From Sphaerodactylus townsendi (Eukaryota): DNA of 64,000 nucleotides. Below are positions 14,401 through 26,400 of this stretch, piece by piece. Positions within the stretch are counted from its first letter, which is position 1. Each line of letters begins with the position of its first letter. A program made the position numbers and the translations under genes. A model generated the notes under the pieces. It was given only the letters and a program-made list of their open reading frames with translations, did no database searches and was not told the DNA's origin. The DNA lies in NCBI RefSeq assembly GCF_021028975.2, contig NC_059437.1, positions 44,702,001 to 44,766,000 of the forward strand. The letters run 5' to 3'.

Positions 14401-17400
14401 GCTAATAGGTAAAAATATTTGCAGGATGGGGTGTGTGTTTTTGTCTTGTTTTTTACTTTCTGGTTCTCAAACTTTATAGTCATGTGGTTTTAAGGAAACA
14501 CCCAAACATAATAGGTTAGACATAAGAATCTGATTTTACTGTGCAGGTAAGGCTTCCCAGACTGAAAACAAGCTTCCCCAATATCTCCAAACTTTTTAAC
14601 TCAAAATAATAACGACTGAACCTTTGTGGTACAAAAGAAAGCACTTTACCATTAAGCTACCAGCCTTCCTGAAAATGGAGCATTTACCTGTCAGTGGTTA
14701 AAACGTGAATGTTTTCCAAGTCTCACTGTTACATTATTGCTGTCTGGAGAACTACTGGGGTGGAGGGACAGAATAAAACTTGAGAAACTGATAAGGACCG
14801 AAGTGTGAGGCTTATGTTTATATCTATGTCCTTAAAACTAGATTCAAATGCAGTAGCACCTTAGAGACCAACAGGATTCTTGGGGGATAAGGTTCCTAGA
14901 ATCCAAGCTTCCTACTAATGAAGGGAGCCTTGACGCTCAAAAGCTTATAACCTGAAAATCTTGTTCGTCTCCAAGGTTGTTCTTCAACTCCAGACCAACA
15001 CGGCTATCCTCCTGAAACTATCTCATTGCTTAAAGAGCTATCATTAATATCTTCAGTTTTACCTACCTCTCTTAAAATCCACAAGCTGCAACCCTCTAAA
15101 GGTTATTTGCAGGGAGCAACTGTCACTCTGGACCAGGTAACATTTGGGACGGAGGGAGAGAGAAGGAACTATTTTCCAGTTGATGGTCCACGTGCAGAAA
15201 ACAGACTTTGCCATGCAACCTGACCTCTTTGCATGGTAAATATCCAAGTGTGAAATTTCTCTCTCACGCAACCTGCAGCCCAATCAATTTGTTCCACAGA
15301 CTACCAACACCATACACTCCCGCCATCTTCCAAAAGAGCCACTCAAGTCTTCGGCAGAAGCAAAGTATAGTAAATTAAACTTTCCCAGTACCGCCATCTT
15401 CCAAAAGAGCCACTCAAGTCTTTGGCAGAAGCAAAGTATAGTAAATTAAACTTTCCCAGTAGTAAGGAGAAAAACAGTCAGCAATGAAACTTTGTATTTT
15501 GCTAGACCTTTCTTCACCAGCCTGGTGCAGTGCTGAAAATCATGATTTCAAGACACTTGCATTCAAATCCCCTCTAAGCCACACAGTTGAGAATCAGCAG
15601 GACACAGAGGTTAAGAGTACCAGAACAGGACTTGGGAGGTTTGGGTCCAAGTCACTCTCTTGGTTAACCCACTTCAATAGAGTGGTTAAAAGGGTAAAAT
15701 GGAGCAGTGGAGAGCCAAGTGTAACTTGTGCTCTTTGTTGCCCTAAACTTGACCTCTGCTCACCATCAAATAAGATCATATTGCCAAGTCAACTTCAATC
15801 GGTAACTGATACAACAGGGGTGTCCAACACTGGCCCTCCAGATGTTCATGGACTACAATTCCCATCAGCCCCTGCCAGCATGTAGTAAGCATTGCTTCCT
15901 CAACCATATGTTTGGTGGAATAGTTTTACCTTGCAGATCCTGTGGAACTATATTAAATCCCACAAGGCCCTGGTCTCACTGGACAGAACATTCCACCAGT
16001 CTGGGGCCTGTCTCACACTGACACTATCTCACACTCACACTGGGTAGCCCAAATCAGATGACATTTTCCCCAAGAGAAGACCGCGGAAAAGGCTTTCCCA
16101 GAGCTGACTCCATGTAAAAAAAAACAAGATTTAAATTGTCTTATGAAACATGAGGCCCTCACTGCTGTTATAGTCTGTAAACTCCAAACACAGTTAATGT
16201 TTAAAAAATATTATGCTCCCTGTGTGCAGAATAAACACTTTCCCGTGCTCCGTGCATGGTTAATAATGTCCGTGTCAAGACTACAAGTTGGATGCACTTC
16301 AAGAATTTGCTGCTCAAAATAACCAACACAACTAGTCCAACAGAACTGACCAAATTAAAAAGAGCCACTTTTTTTAAAAATTGTACCTGCATTTTTAGGA
16401 TTATTTGATCCCCCCCCCCCCCCCGGTAAGGTTGGGCTGAGATGGATTAGGTCTCCCCATGAGCTTTATAGAACAGGGACTTGAAACTGGGACCCTCCAT
16501 GTTCTAGGATCACACGCCAACCACTGCATTATTTTCTTTTTGGAAGAATGCAGCAGCCATGCCAAGAACTCTCCCAGGAAATCCTCCACCACAGTGTTCT
16601 CCACCCTATGGGCTAGGACCCTCACATGGGACACAGAGTCCTTCTATTGGGACGCTTATGGAACTAGCATATTTCTGGAAGGACCTGCTGCACAAACAGC
16701 AATGGTGCCATGCCTCTTGCCCTTCGCACATGATGAGAAGAGCAGCTGAACAGCGAGACAATGTCATCCAGTGGTGGCGATCATTCAGTCGTGACTTATT
16801 CCTCTCTAGGGTACATCTTCTAGAGCTTGGCTTTCATTTCCTGTCCATAACTCCACTGATCTACTGCTCATAATTCTAGACTTGAAAGAGATGAGGCTAA
16901 AACTCTGGCTTCCCTTCTTCTGGTCACATGATGCTGATGTCACATGCCTTCCTGTCACATCTTGCAGCTTGGTGGATCTCAGATCTGGAAAGGTGGAAGA
17001 CCACTGGTCCACCCCTAGAGCTGTAACCACATTAAAGCCAAATAAGGTATTTATTTAATTGATTGGTAGCCTGCCTTTCTCCCCAAAGGGAACCCAAAGG
17101 AACTTACATTATTCTCCACTGTAAGGTAGGTTAAGAAGAATAAGTGGCCAAAGGTCACCCGGCAAGCTCCTATGCCACAAGTGGGCATTCAAACTTGGAT
17201 CTCCCAAATACTAGCTTGACACACTTAACCACTACACCTTATCGGCTCCTCCTTTGACTTCATCCTGCAATTGACCCAATCAGAAAGGAAGTATTTTTCC
17301 ACATTCAAATCAGGTCCTGTAAGATATGTTAAAAAGAAAACTAGTGCAACATTTCCTGCCATGATTCAAGGTGTACTTAAAACATGTGTTAGACTCTTCC

Positions 17401-19281
17401 CTTTTTTTCTCTCTGGCCTTCCTGCATTTTGATAGCCGACGTCTTACACAGCCTATTTACCTTAATAAGATAAACTCGGGGCTGGTTTCACTTTTGCAGC
17501 TCAGGCCAAGAAAACCTGTATGGATCTTCACATTCAGTTAACCTCTTCAGCAAAATGAACTGTCAACGCTCTTTACAGGACCAACTCCTTAGATTTGAAA
17601 AAGACATACATTGTAATCCTACACAAAGTTACTCCAGTCTAACTTCTCTGATTTCATTCAACTGCACCACGGATGCTAGAACTGCAAAGGCACTTCCTAG
17701 TAAATTACTCCTGTAACTATACCACCCTAGCATAGCGGGGTGGGGAGTACTTATTCACAGGTATCCATGTTCATGTGCCAGCCTAAAGGGTGATGCTAGC
17801 ATTGCAGAGATAGGGAGCCCTTCATATTGAGAAACTGTGTTTCCACTTTGGGTAACACTCCTATCCACAAATCATAACTTAGAATTATATTTCACTTGTT
17901 TACTTAATCTGTACACTAACAGGCACAGTTCTCAAGTCTTTCTGGGTGCTTCATCCTATGTCCAAAAAGACCTATCCACTTTACTTTTCAGCTAGGGATA
18001 CATGTGAAGTTCCTCTGGGGTGAGAAAAAGGCATTCTGCATATGCCCAGAGACTCATTTTCCCTACGCTCTGGAAAACACAGTCTTCCTCTAACCACTTT
18101 CATGCCACTGTGACTAACACATTATTCCAGACTTTAACTAATGCACACTTATTTAACATGTAAGATAATACATACCAGAACTTTTGCCTGGGTACCCCAA
18201 CTGAAATCCACACCTGCTTCCTTTAACAGTGCATATGTAATGACCTGCACCTACTCACTGAGGGAAAGGCACTCTGCCCATCATCAGCGGTCCCAGAGCC
18301 TGAAACACTGGAATATTAAATCCTATCTCACTTACCACGGTGTGTATTCATGCACTTCAGTAACGAAGAAAAAGTACTTTGTCCATGCTTAGAGGTTCAA
18401 AGACCTACATCCCTAAAGTATTGGAAAACACAGTCCCTTTCTGGCCCATTCTGCACCATGTGGTTCCCTGGCTATGGAAGGCAACATAAACTGAACATGC
18501 TTTGAGGTCCCGGAATATGCATCACTGAAGTATCAGAAAACACAGCCCTCTTACCACCCTGTTATCTTACAGTGCACATGCAGTAATTCCATAGTCTGGA
18601 GAGAAAAGAATGTACTCTGCACATACTCAGAGACTCTCTGAAAGAAACACTCTGCACACAGTTGAAGACCCAGGAGCTGCACCACAAAAGCACACTGTCC
18701 TCCTTCAGTCCCATTCTCCTCTGGCCTGGGTGGGGTGGGGAAAGTTAAGTGCGCACTCTGCATGTGCTCACCAGTCCTCTCCATCTTGGCTCCCAAAAAG
18801 TGGATTATCCACATGCTTTGGTCCCAGGATCTGCATCCCTAGAGCACAGCCTTCTTCTTGTAGCATCCAAGCTGCAGTCTCATATGCCCAGACGGCACTC
18901 TGTGCATGCTCAGAGAGCCGCTTTGAGTCAAGTGCACCGCCCAGCCTCTCGCAATTGTGGTTGACCTAGGTCGGCTTCAGGAGATTCATTTTTCTCCTCC
19001 TCATCTTGGGACCAGCAGAGGAAAGGCACTCTGTGCATGCTCAGAAAGTCCCTTTGGGGCAAGCACACATCCCAGCCACTCAGCTGAGGGAAAGCACTCT
19101 GTGCATGCTCAGAAAGCCCCTTTGGATCAAACGCACAGCCCAGCCACTCACCATTGTGGTTGACCCAGGTCGGTCCAGCTAAGGGAAGGCTCTCTGTGCA
19201 TGCTCAGAGAGCCCCTTTGGGTCAACACACAGCCAACCACTCACCATTGTGGTTGACCCAGGTCGGCTTCAGGAGCTTCAT
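2412..19281 (-). CDS. HIRA: Histone chaperone HIRA, coding exons 1-4 (partial; continues beyond left edge). Exons: 19245-19281, 8566-8628, 6605-6715, 2412-2502
   Basis: Spliced translation MKLLKPTWVNHNG/KPIFSVDIHPDGTKFATGGQG/QDSGKVVIWNMAPVIKEDDEKNENIPKMLCQMDNHLA/CVNCVRWSNNGLYLASGGDDKLIMIWTRAT matches the HIRA WD40 N-terminus. Junctions are GT-AG; exon sizes 37/63/111/91 nt keep frame. Confidence 0.97.
3269..6490 (-). mobile_element. 5'-truncated CR1 LINE (ORF2 region) in HIRA intron 3; same subfamily as 56460-60610
   Basis: 3' UTR, tail and ORF2 C-terminus nearly identical to the other copy; APE motif GITETWWNEENQWD at 6077-6469. Confidence 0.94.
7284..7725. mobile_element. hAT MITE with a second hAT MITE (7314-7645) nested inside
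   Basis: Outer TSD AGATAGGG; inner TIRs CAGTGTTTACCAACC...GGTTGAAAATCACTG with TSD (C/T)TCCAGAT. Confidence 0.85.
10690..11090 (-). mobile_element. Older CR1-type RT fragment (partly duplicated at 11489-11689)
   Basis: ORF 10659-10988 with IKFADDTK...RIQNDL..LE.W...KCKMLHLG-like motifs. Confidence 0.8.
11097..11488. mobile_element. hAT MITE, CAGAGGTGGGATCC family, copy 1
   Basis: TIRs CAGAGGTGGGATCC...GGATTCCACCACTG; homologous to 11690-12058 and 37734-38115. Confidence 0.85.
11690..12058. mobile_element. hAT MITE, CAGAGGTGGGATCC family, copy 2
   Basis: Flanked by 8-bp TSD CCTCTCAT. Confidence 0.85.
13238..13430 (+). mobile_element. 5S rRNA-derived SINE with RTE-like tail (related copies ~51690-51870, ~61960-62100, inverted ~36720-36900)
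   Basis: GATCTC...CTCAGAAGCTAAG...CCTGGTT.GTATTTGGATGGGAGACC resembles the 5S internal control region; followed by GAGGAAGGCAATGGCAAACCACC. Confidence 0.7.
15320..15461. repeat. 71-bp tandem duplication (2 copies, 1 mismatch)
   Basis: CCGCCATCTTCCAAAAGAGCC...CTTTCCCAGTA at 15320-15390 and 15391-15461. Confidence 0.9.
18020..19281. repeat. Degenerate tandem array in HIRA intron 1 (motif GCACTCTGTGCATGCTCAGA) including partial copies of exon 1
   Basis: Motif recurs near 18031, 18269, 18613, 18752, 18895, 19026, 19094 and 19189; units become better conserved toward exon 1. Confidence 0.8.
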
Positions 19282-19780
19282 CTTCCTCCTCCTCCGCCTC
19301 CTCTTCTTCCTCCTCCCTTTCCTCCTCTCGTCCGCCACCGCCGCCGCCGCCGCCGCCGCCACCCGGCTCCCTGGGCCTCCGTGCTGGGAGCGGCAGCGGG
19401 TCGGGGCAGGCGGCGGCTGGGACTGCTGCGCCGCTCGGGCTGGCCTCGGAGCCGGCGCCCCGACGCCCCGCACTACCGCCGCTCCTCCGCCCCGCGCTCT
19501 CCGCCCCTCGGGCCGGCCGCTGCCCGTTCCTGCCGCCGCTGCTGCTCCACCGGCTGCTCACGGCAGCTCCATCCCCCGAGCCCGCCGCCGCCGCCGCCCC
19601 TTCGCCCACCTCCCGGCCACATCCCCCGCTCCCGGCGGCTCCCCGGCAACGCCGGAAGTCAGCGGAGGGCAACGACCTAAGCGGCTCGGCGGGAAACAGG
19701 GACGACGCCCAAAGCGGGACTTGGTGTTTTGCCAGACGCCTCTCCGCCAGCCTGGGGCAGCTCTCGGAGTCGTGACTTCG
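19282..19780 (-). promoter_or_regulatory. HIRA CpG-island promoter / 5' UTR
   Basis: Very CpG-rich; (GCC)n tracts; ETS-type CCGGAAGT at 19652-19659. Confidence 0.75.
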
Positions 19781-22636
19781 AGACCCTGGGGTGCAAATCC
19801 CCCACAAGCCACGCAGTTGAGCATCAGCATGACTCGGGGGTTAAGAGGGCCAGGATAGGACTGGGGTCCAAACCACCCCATAAGCAAAGCAAAGCTTGTG
19901 TGATACTGAGAAGAAGGAGAAGAGTTTATACCCCACTTTCCTCTCCTGTAAGGAGTCACAAGGTGGCTTACAAGCTCCTTTCCCCTCCTCTCCGCACAGC
20001 AGACACCTTGTGAGGTAGGTGGGGCTGAGAGAGTTCTGAGAGAACTGTGACAAGGTTACCCAGCAGGAATGGAGGAGTGTGGAAACACATTTGGTTCACC
20101 AGATTAGCCTCTATCGCTTATGTGGAGAAGTGGGGAATCAAACTCAATTCACCAGATAAGAGTCCACCACTCATGTGAATCCACCTGCTCTTAACCACTA
20201 CACCACTCTGGATTTCTTGGTTAACCCACTCCAATAGGGTGGTTGAGAAGAAGGTAAATTGGAGAAGCTGAAAGCCAAGCGCAATCTGTGCTCTTTACTG
20301 CCCTAAACCTGACCTCTGCTTATCACCAAATAAGATCATATTTCCAAGTCAACTTCAGTTGGTAATTGATAAAGCAGGGGGGTCTGATTCTGGCTCTCCA
20401 GATGTTTATGGACTACTATTCCCATCAGCCCCTGCCCACTCTCCCCTCAGTACAGACAGATGCCTTGTACTTTCCTTCCTCAGCAAAGTCTCTGCTATGG
20501 ATTAGTGACTCTTCCGCTAATTAGTGGCATAATAGGGATATATGAGCACTTTTCTGCCTTCAGAGCGCTGCCATGCACACCTTTTCCGGCTGTAAGGGTA
20601 TATGATTGTGATTTATTAGCACTTTTCAGCATTCAGAATATTGCCATGCATCTATCTTATATCCGTAAGGATTGTTTACTATTTATGAAGGAGGACAGCA
20701 ACCCTGTAAGGTAGGCCTGCCTTCTGCCCCAGCAGGAGGCAAGGAAAAGTGGAATGTCAGGCTGTCACAAGGTGGGCCACCATGTTGAAAGGCTTTTTAA
20801 AAGGAAACGAGATAGATTCACAGAAGATAAGGCCCTCAGGAGTTGTTATTGCATTGGCAAGTTCTGAAGCAGATGGGCCATAGACTGAGGGTAGGCAGAA
20901 GGAATTTTTTCACTCGGTGAAGAATTAATTAAATGGTGAGATTCTCTTAATTAAATGGTGAGGAGCAGCAGTGGCGTAGGAGGTTAAGAGCAGGTGCACT
21001 CTGATCTGGAGGGTTTGATTCCCAGCTCTGCCGCTTTAGTTGTGGAGGCTTATCTGGGGAATTCAGATTAGCCTGTGCACTCCCACACACACCAGCTGGG
21101 TGACCTTGGGCTAGTCACGGTTCTTTGGAGCTCTCTCAGCCCCACCCACCTCACAGGGTGTTTGTTGTGAGGGGGAAAGGGCAAGGAGATTGTAAGCCCC
21201 TTTGAGTCTCCTACAGGAGAGAAAGGGGGGATATAAATCCAAACTCCTCTTCTTCTACTACTAGTGGATGATCACTAGCATAGGTTGCTTTAAAAGGAGG
21301 TTAGACAGATTTTTGAAAGAGAGGTCCATCAAAGGTCATGCTAACTAAAGGGACCTCTCTATACAGAGGCAATACACACTTCTGAATCCCAGAAGAGAAA
21401 TACAATTTCAGGGAAAGGCTGTGGCATGTATGTCCTGTTTGTTGGCTCTCAGGAGCAACTGGTTTGCCACTTTGTGAAACAGGATGCTGGACAAGGTAGC
21501 CCACTGTTGCTGTTATGTTCTTGTCTAGGTATATTTCTGTCATCTAATGCATATTGTATGAACCCATTCTACCACTTCAGTAATAACAACACAACACTAG
21601 TATAGTATGTAACAAAGGACCAGAGCATCCCACAAAATGTTTTTGTTATCTTTGCCACAAGCAAAGCTGGCCAGTATTATCTCTCTACTAGTATAGGTAA
21701 ATGTACTGCAGAGATGGTAAACAAATAAATGAAATTGAGTTGTTAGTTGCAATCAGTGGCTGTAACCCCACAAATCATAATGTGGGGTCATTTTGGCAAA
21801 ATCTGATTAAATGCTTTAAAGTAAGCAGTTGAGTCAGGTGGATCTGTAAAAGTACAAATAAAATGAAGGTGGAGAAAACGTTAAGCTGCTTCGGGTTTCC
21901 GCTGGAGAGAAAAGCAAAGTAGTGTAAATAAAATAAACTGTTATAAAGCAGAGCATTGCATGATCTGGATCATGCCTCTGCAGGTCCACAAACAAGGATA
22001 AGCCCCCATCTCATGGAAGCTGACTTTTTCAATTCTAAAGTTGCCATATTTATATGTTTTTCAAAATGTGATCTCATATTCACCTCATCTGCTAATTGGG
22101 ATTCACAACTGCAGCTAGTTTATTTTCAGTGTTCCTTGAGAACAAAAACATCTTACAAGATTATTTTAACGATCATATTCTAGGCAGCCTGTGTCTCTGC
22201 AGATAGTCTTAGTTTGTTTTTACTTTTTACTTATGACAGAAATATATCCATTTTAATAACTGAACCTTTGACAAGCATGTTCTTATTGATTGGCCATTAG
22301 CTGATAAGCTGAATCTCTGTATCTGCTGATTTGGTTCAGGCCTCTCTTTGGATTCTGCCAACTCCTTTCCCTGAACTTTTAAGGAAACATAACCATAAGT
22401 AGAAGTGTGTTTGAAGGATTGCTTTGGGTGGGCATATTAGACACAGAAAAAAGCCCACTGTCAATGAAGTCCTCAGCTCTACAAGATTTTGTCCCAACAC
22501 TTCATGCTTGATTTTAATTTATAGAAGTCACCCATATGTGAAAACCTTATTTAAATTTATGTGGAAAGTCCTTTTCCAGTGTGATGAAATTGTCCTTTAC
22601 ACATTATTTTATTATTATATACATGTTCCAGAAACT

Positions 22637-22693
22637 GATACATACATACATACACACATACACACATACACACATACATACATACATACATAT
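22637..22693. repeat. (TACA)n-type microsatellite
   Basis: Visible ATAC/ACAC repeats. Confidence 0.85.
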
Positions 22694-23169
22694 TTGGACA
22701 AACTAAGTTTCATCACGATGTGACCAAGTTTTTGATAATGGAAAACCCAGATCTGCAGACTATAACAATTTTAGCAAGGAGTAGAGAAGATATAATACAG
22801 ATTAATTGGGGCCAAATGAGCTACTGAGATGACCCAAAGACTACTGGGAACCAAGATGCAGCAGTTGTCACAGACGTCAGTGACTTAAGACCTGGCTGTT
22901 AATGGACTAGATCCTACCGAGGGGAGGAGCAGTTTCCTCCCTCCACACTCGCTGTTCCTTAGAATCCTCCTCCCGGAGTTCCATTTTGGGGAGCTAAACA
23001 AATGGAATGGGGAGGCAGGAAAGCTCTATTGACAGTACTTTGGATGCAGTACTTTGAAGCCATGTTAGCCCACCAGTGCCGTTCCTATGAAGCTACTGCA
23101 CTCTAACTCAATTGATATTAGTGGGTTTAGACTGGAGTAAGTCGGCATAGGTTTGCATTGCAAACCTGG

Positions 23170-23416
23170 CAAGCGGGAAAGATTAACAAAGGAACTACTC
23201 CAAAGTCGACCTAGCCAGGAGGGAGGCGTGGGGCGGACAGAATCGAACTTTATAGAGCTGCTTCTTTTGCATGCAAGCCGGACTCTGGGCGGCAAGGCGA
23301 GGGAACGAGCCGGACACTAACTGCGGACGGACCGGAGTGCGCACCAGATCTGTTCCCCCTTTGGGAAGGAGGGAGCGGGCGTGGAGGTAGTGCGGGCTGC
23401 AGCGTGTGTTGGAGCC
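23170..23416 (+). promoter_or_regulatory. MRPL40 CpG-rich promoter / 5' UTR
   Basis: Local CpG enrichment and GC box GGGGCGG near 23230, directly upstream of the ATG. Confidence 0.6.
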
Positions 23417-26400
23417 ATGTTAGCCCAGGCAGCGGTCTCGGGGGCCTTGAGTCGCCTTCGCAGCAATGCAAGAGCCGCCTTGTGTAGGTAAGTGCCGCCA
23501 CCCAGCCACCCACCCACCCACGTCTACTTCGTTCTGTCAGTAGAAACGTATTTGCAGAGAAACATTTTAACGTTTTTGTTTTAAACGAAGCATATAAACC
23601 ATTCTTTGTAGTTGCTGGATCAGACCAGCAACGTGTTTCCAAATTTCAACAGTAAATAGCGCGATAATTCTAGGGAGGCTGACTTTCCACACATCCTTAG
23701 GAAAAAGCCATTATGGTGGTCACATTTTTATCCTGTCCTCCTTCAAAGACGATATATGAGAGCCAGCGTGGTGTAGTGGTGAAGAGCAGGTGGATTCTAA
23801 GCTGGAGAACTGGGTTTGATTCCCAACTCCTCCACCTGAGTGGCAGACTCTTATTTAGTGAACCAGATTTGTGTCCCCACTCCTACACATGAAGCCTGCT
23901 GGGTGACCTTGGGCTAGTCACAGTTCTTTGGAACTCTGTCAGCTCCAGGTGTCTGCTGTGGGGAGAGGAAGGGGAAGGAGCTTGTAAGCCACCTTGAGTC
24001 TCCTTACAGGAGAGAAAGGTGGGACATAAATCCAAACTCTTCTTCTTTTTCTTCTAATAAGCAGGGCTAGAAAACGATGGCCATCCTTTTGTTGTTGGAT
24101 TCTGATCTTCAGAGGTAGGCTACTTCTGAACATGGAAGTGCCTTTTCCAGCCATCGTAACTGCTGCTGATATTCTGTTGTTGCATTTGATAGAAAGTTCT
24201 CTAGCTCACCAAAGCTAACAGTGCATTAAATCAGTCAGCCTTTAAAGTACTGCTACCCTGTTTTTTTTCATGTGACAGCAAAGTAGCAGTCAGGATGGCC
24301 TCCATGTATCTAGCTGTTTATAAAGACAGTTACAATTTGCTTTGTTGTAGCAGGAAAAATTACATTTACCCCCTAACTATATATGCGAGATTTTGAAGGT
24401 TACTTTCGAAAACTTTAGTATGGCGAATAATCTCAGAAAGAAACAATGAAAAAAATGCATTACTTGATGGATTTGTGAAACTTGAATCTTGACAGCAGCC
24501 TTTTCTTCTAAATCTAGTTCTCAGAAGCTCTTCAGATGTTCAGCGATACTGTAATTCCCCATCAGTCGCTTCGTCAGCATGGCCAATTCGCTGGTAGGGG
24601 CCGATGGAAATTGAAATGATGGGAATTGTAGTTCCTGAACATCTGGAGAGCCGCAGGTTCCCTACCCCTGTTCTAAATTGACTGATCTCAGATTTTTTCC
24701 CCCAATTATCCCTAGCTCCTGGTTAACCTGTTATGGTCAAGGTCGAGAGAACCACTGGCAATCTTCACTTCTAGGACTCAGGGCATCTCTACCCATGAGG
24801 TAAAATGTAGTTCATATTCTTTAGACTGCTTTTGCTAAATTGGGGGAAACCTATATCAATATTTACTCTTAGAGAATAAAATGAAGGACTTCCAGTGATT
24901 TGGCTGCTTTCAGATACTTTCTAAGTATGCAAAGTGCTTTCTAATTCACACCTCATGTAGCCTTGCCAAGGACTGTAGTAGTGCACTGCTTCACTCCAGC
25001 AGTGCCGTGAGAGAACGTTGGGGACGCTTAACGGACCTGGGCGGGCCTTGCCGGGTCGCGAGATCGCACTCCCTTTACCTCCTCATCCCCTAATGAGTCA
25101 CGGGTCATGAACTGTCTAAGGCTCAATTCCACCGGGCTTAGGGACAATGGTCTGCTCCCCCAGGTGGAGATTGAAGCTCTTTAGACGCCAGACGCTTCCT
25201 CCAAGACGTGAAATGCCGATGTGAGGATCAGCGCATCACATGATGATTCTCCGACTCTCCTGCTCTCCGGAACTCCCCAGTCCTCCCTCCTCCTACACGC
25301 CTCTAAATAGAGTAACAATAAAAGGTGCCATAGGAATCGGCAGACGGAGATTCGCTAGGGAACATCGACTCCGTCTTCCGCCCGCTAAGCTGGCGCATCT
25401 CCACCAGATGTTATCTCCGCCACTCCGCTCGTCTTCGTTCTTACAGCTGACCGCTGCGGGTTTAATTACGCTGGTGCTTCTAAACCTCGGGAATCCTCGA
25501 ACCTCCACTCCTGCTCACCGTCGCCTGGGGAAGCGGGTCCGCGATACCGGTCCGGCTGGATCGTGGCGATCCAGGGGACCACCGTTTCGGCATCGCCTGT
25601 CCTCTGGATCGGCTATCCAGAGACACGCTGGCCCTAGGACACTCTCTCGTCCGGACGGAACACCGGTGAGTATGGGAGCTTGCAAAAGCAGGGCTTATGA
25701 CAAGCACGCTGGATCGAACTGAAAGCTGCTTAACGCAATGCTGCAGGGTCCCCGGTCAGAAGAGAAGCGGAGCTGCGCGAAATTGGTTGAGGAGAGTGAA
25801 GCTCAGTGTCCATGGTACCGAGAGGGGGGGACATTGAATCTTAAGGACTGGGAAAACATCGGGCGCACTTCGCGACAGAGCCTCGCTACCGATGTCGCCA
25901 TGCTACTGACGGAGACAATGTTTTGTCGCCATCAGCCTGCAGACCTACGGCTCCCTTGCTGTAGGTCACTCCTTCGACCTTTCACCTTCAATTTCAACCC
26001 CGGAATTTTCTCTATCCACTAAATTGGACGCTTCGTCCTCCTTCTGCCCCCCTCGCTCCTTCACCCATTTCAAACTCTCCCGCTGCTCAGCCGCCCCCTC
26101 CTCCTTGCTCCGCCTTTTCCTTTCTCCGAAGCCACTGCACTCCGCCACGCCACGTAATGGCGCTGGTTTCAGAACTCTCGCGAGAACGTATTAGCCACGA
26201 CATCTGCAGAAGAAAGAAACCCTGACGGAAGACGATGCCGAGAGTTCTGTGCATTGTGCCCCATCCACTTCACAGATAACTCGAGGAGGATGGCATAGTT
26301 CGGCTGGTTGTCGAAAATCACCTCTGAGCTATAATATCCTTACCGAAATTCAGCAATGCGGACGTAGGAGTCACTTCAGCCCCTACGTGAGAGGCATGCT

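Noticed and set aside
18020-19260. Repeat-spacer pattern reminiscent of CRISPR
   Set aside because: Eukaryotic intron; units are degenerate and spacers are related to each other and to HIRA exon 1; no cas genes.
19154-19959. Long ORFs over the HIRA CpG island
   Set aside because: Stop-poor GC-rich sequence; only 19245-19281 matches a known protein.
23758-23830. Possible tRNA gene
   Set aside because: tRNA-like head of a multi-copy SINE; no proper cloverleaf or acceptor stem.
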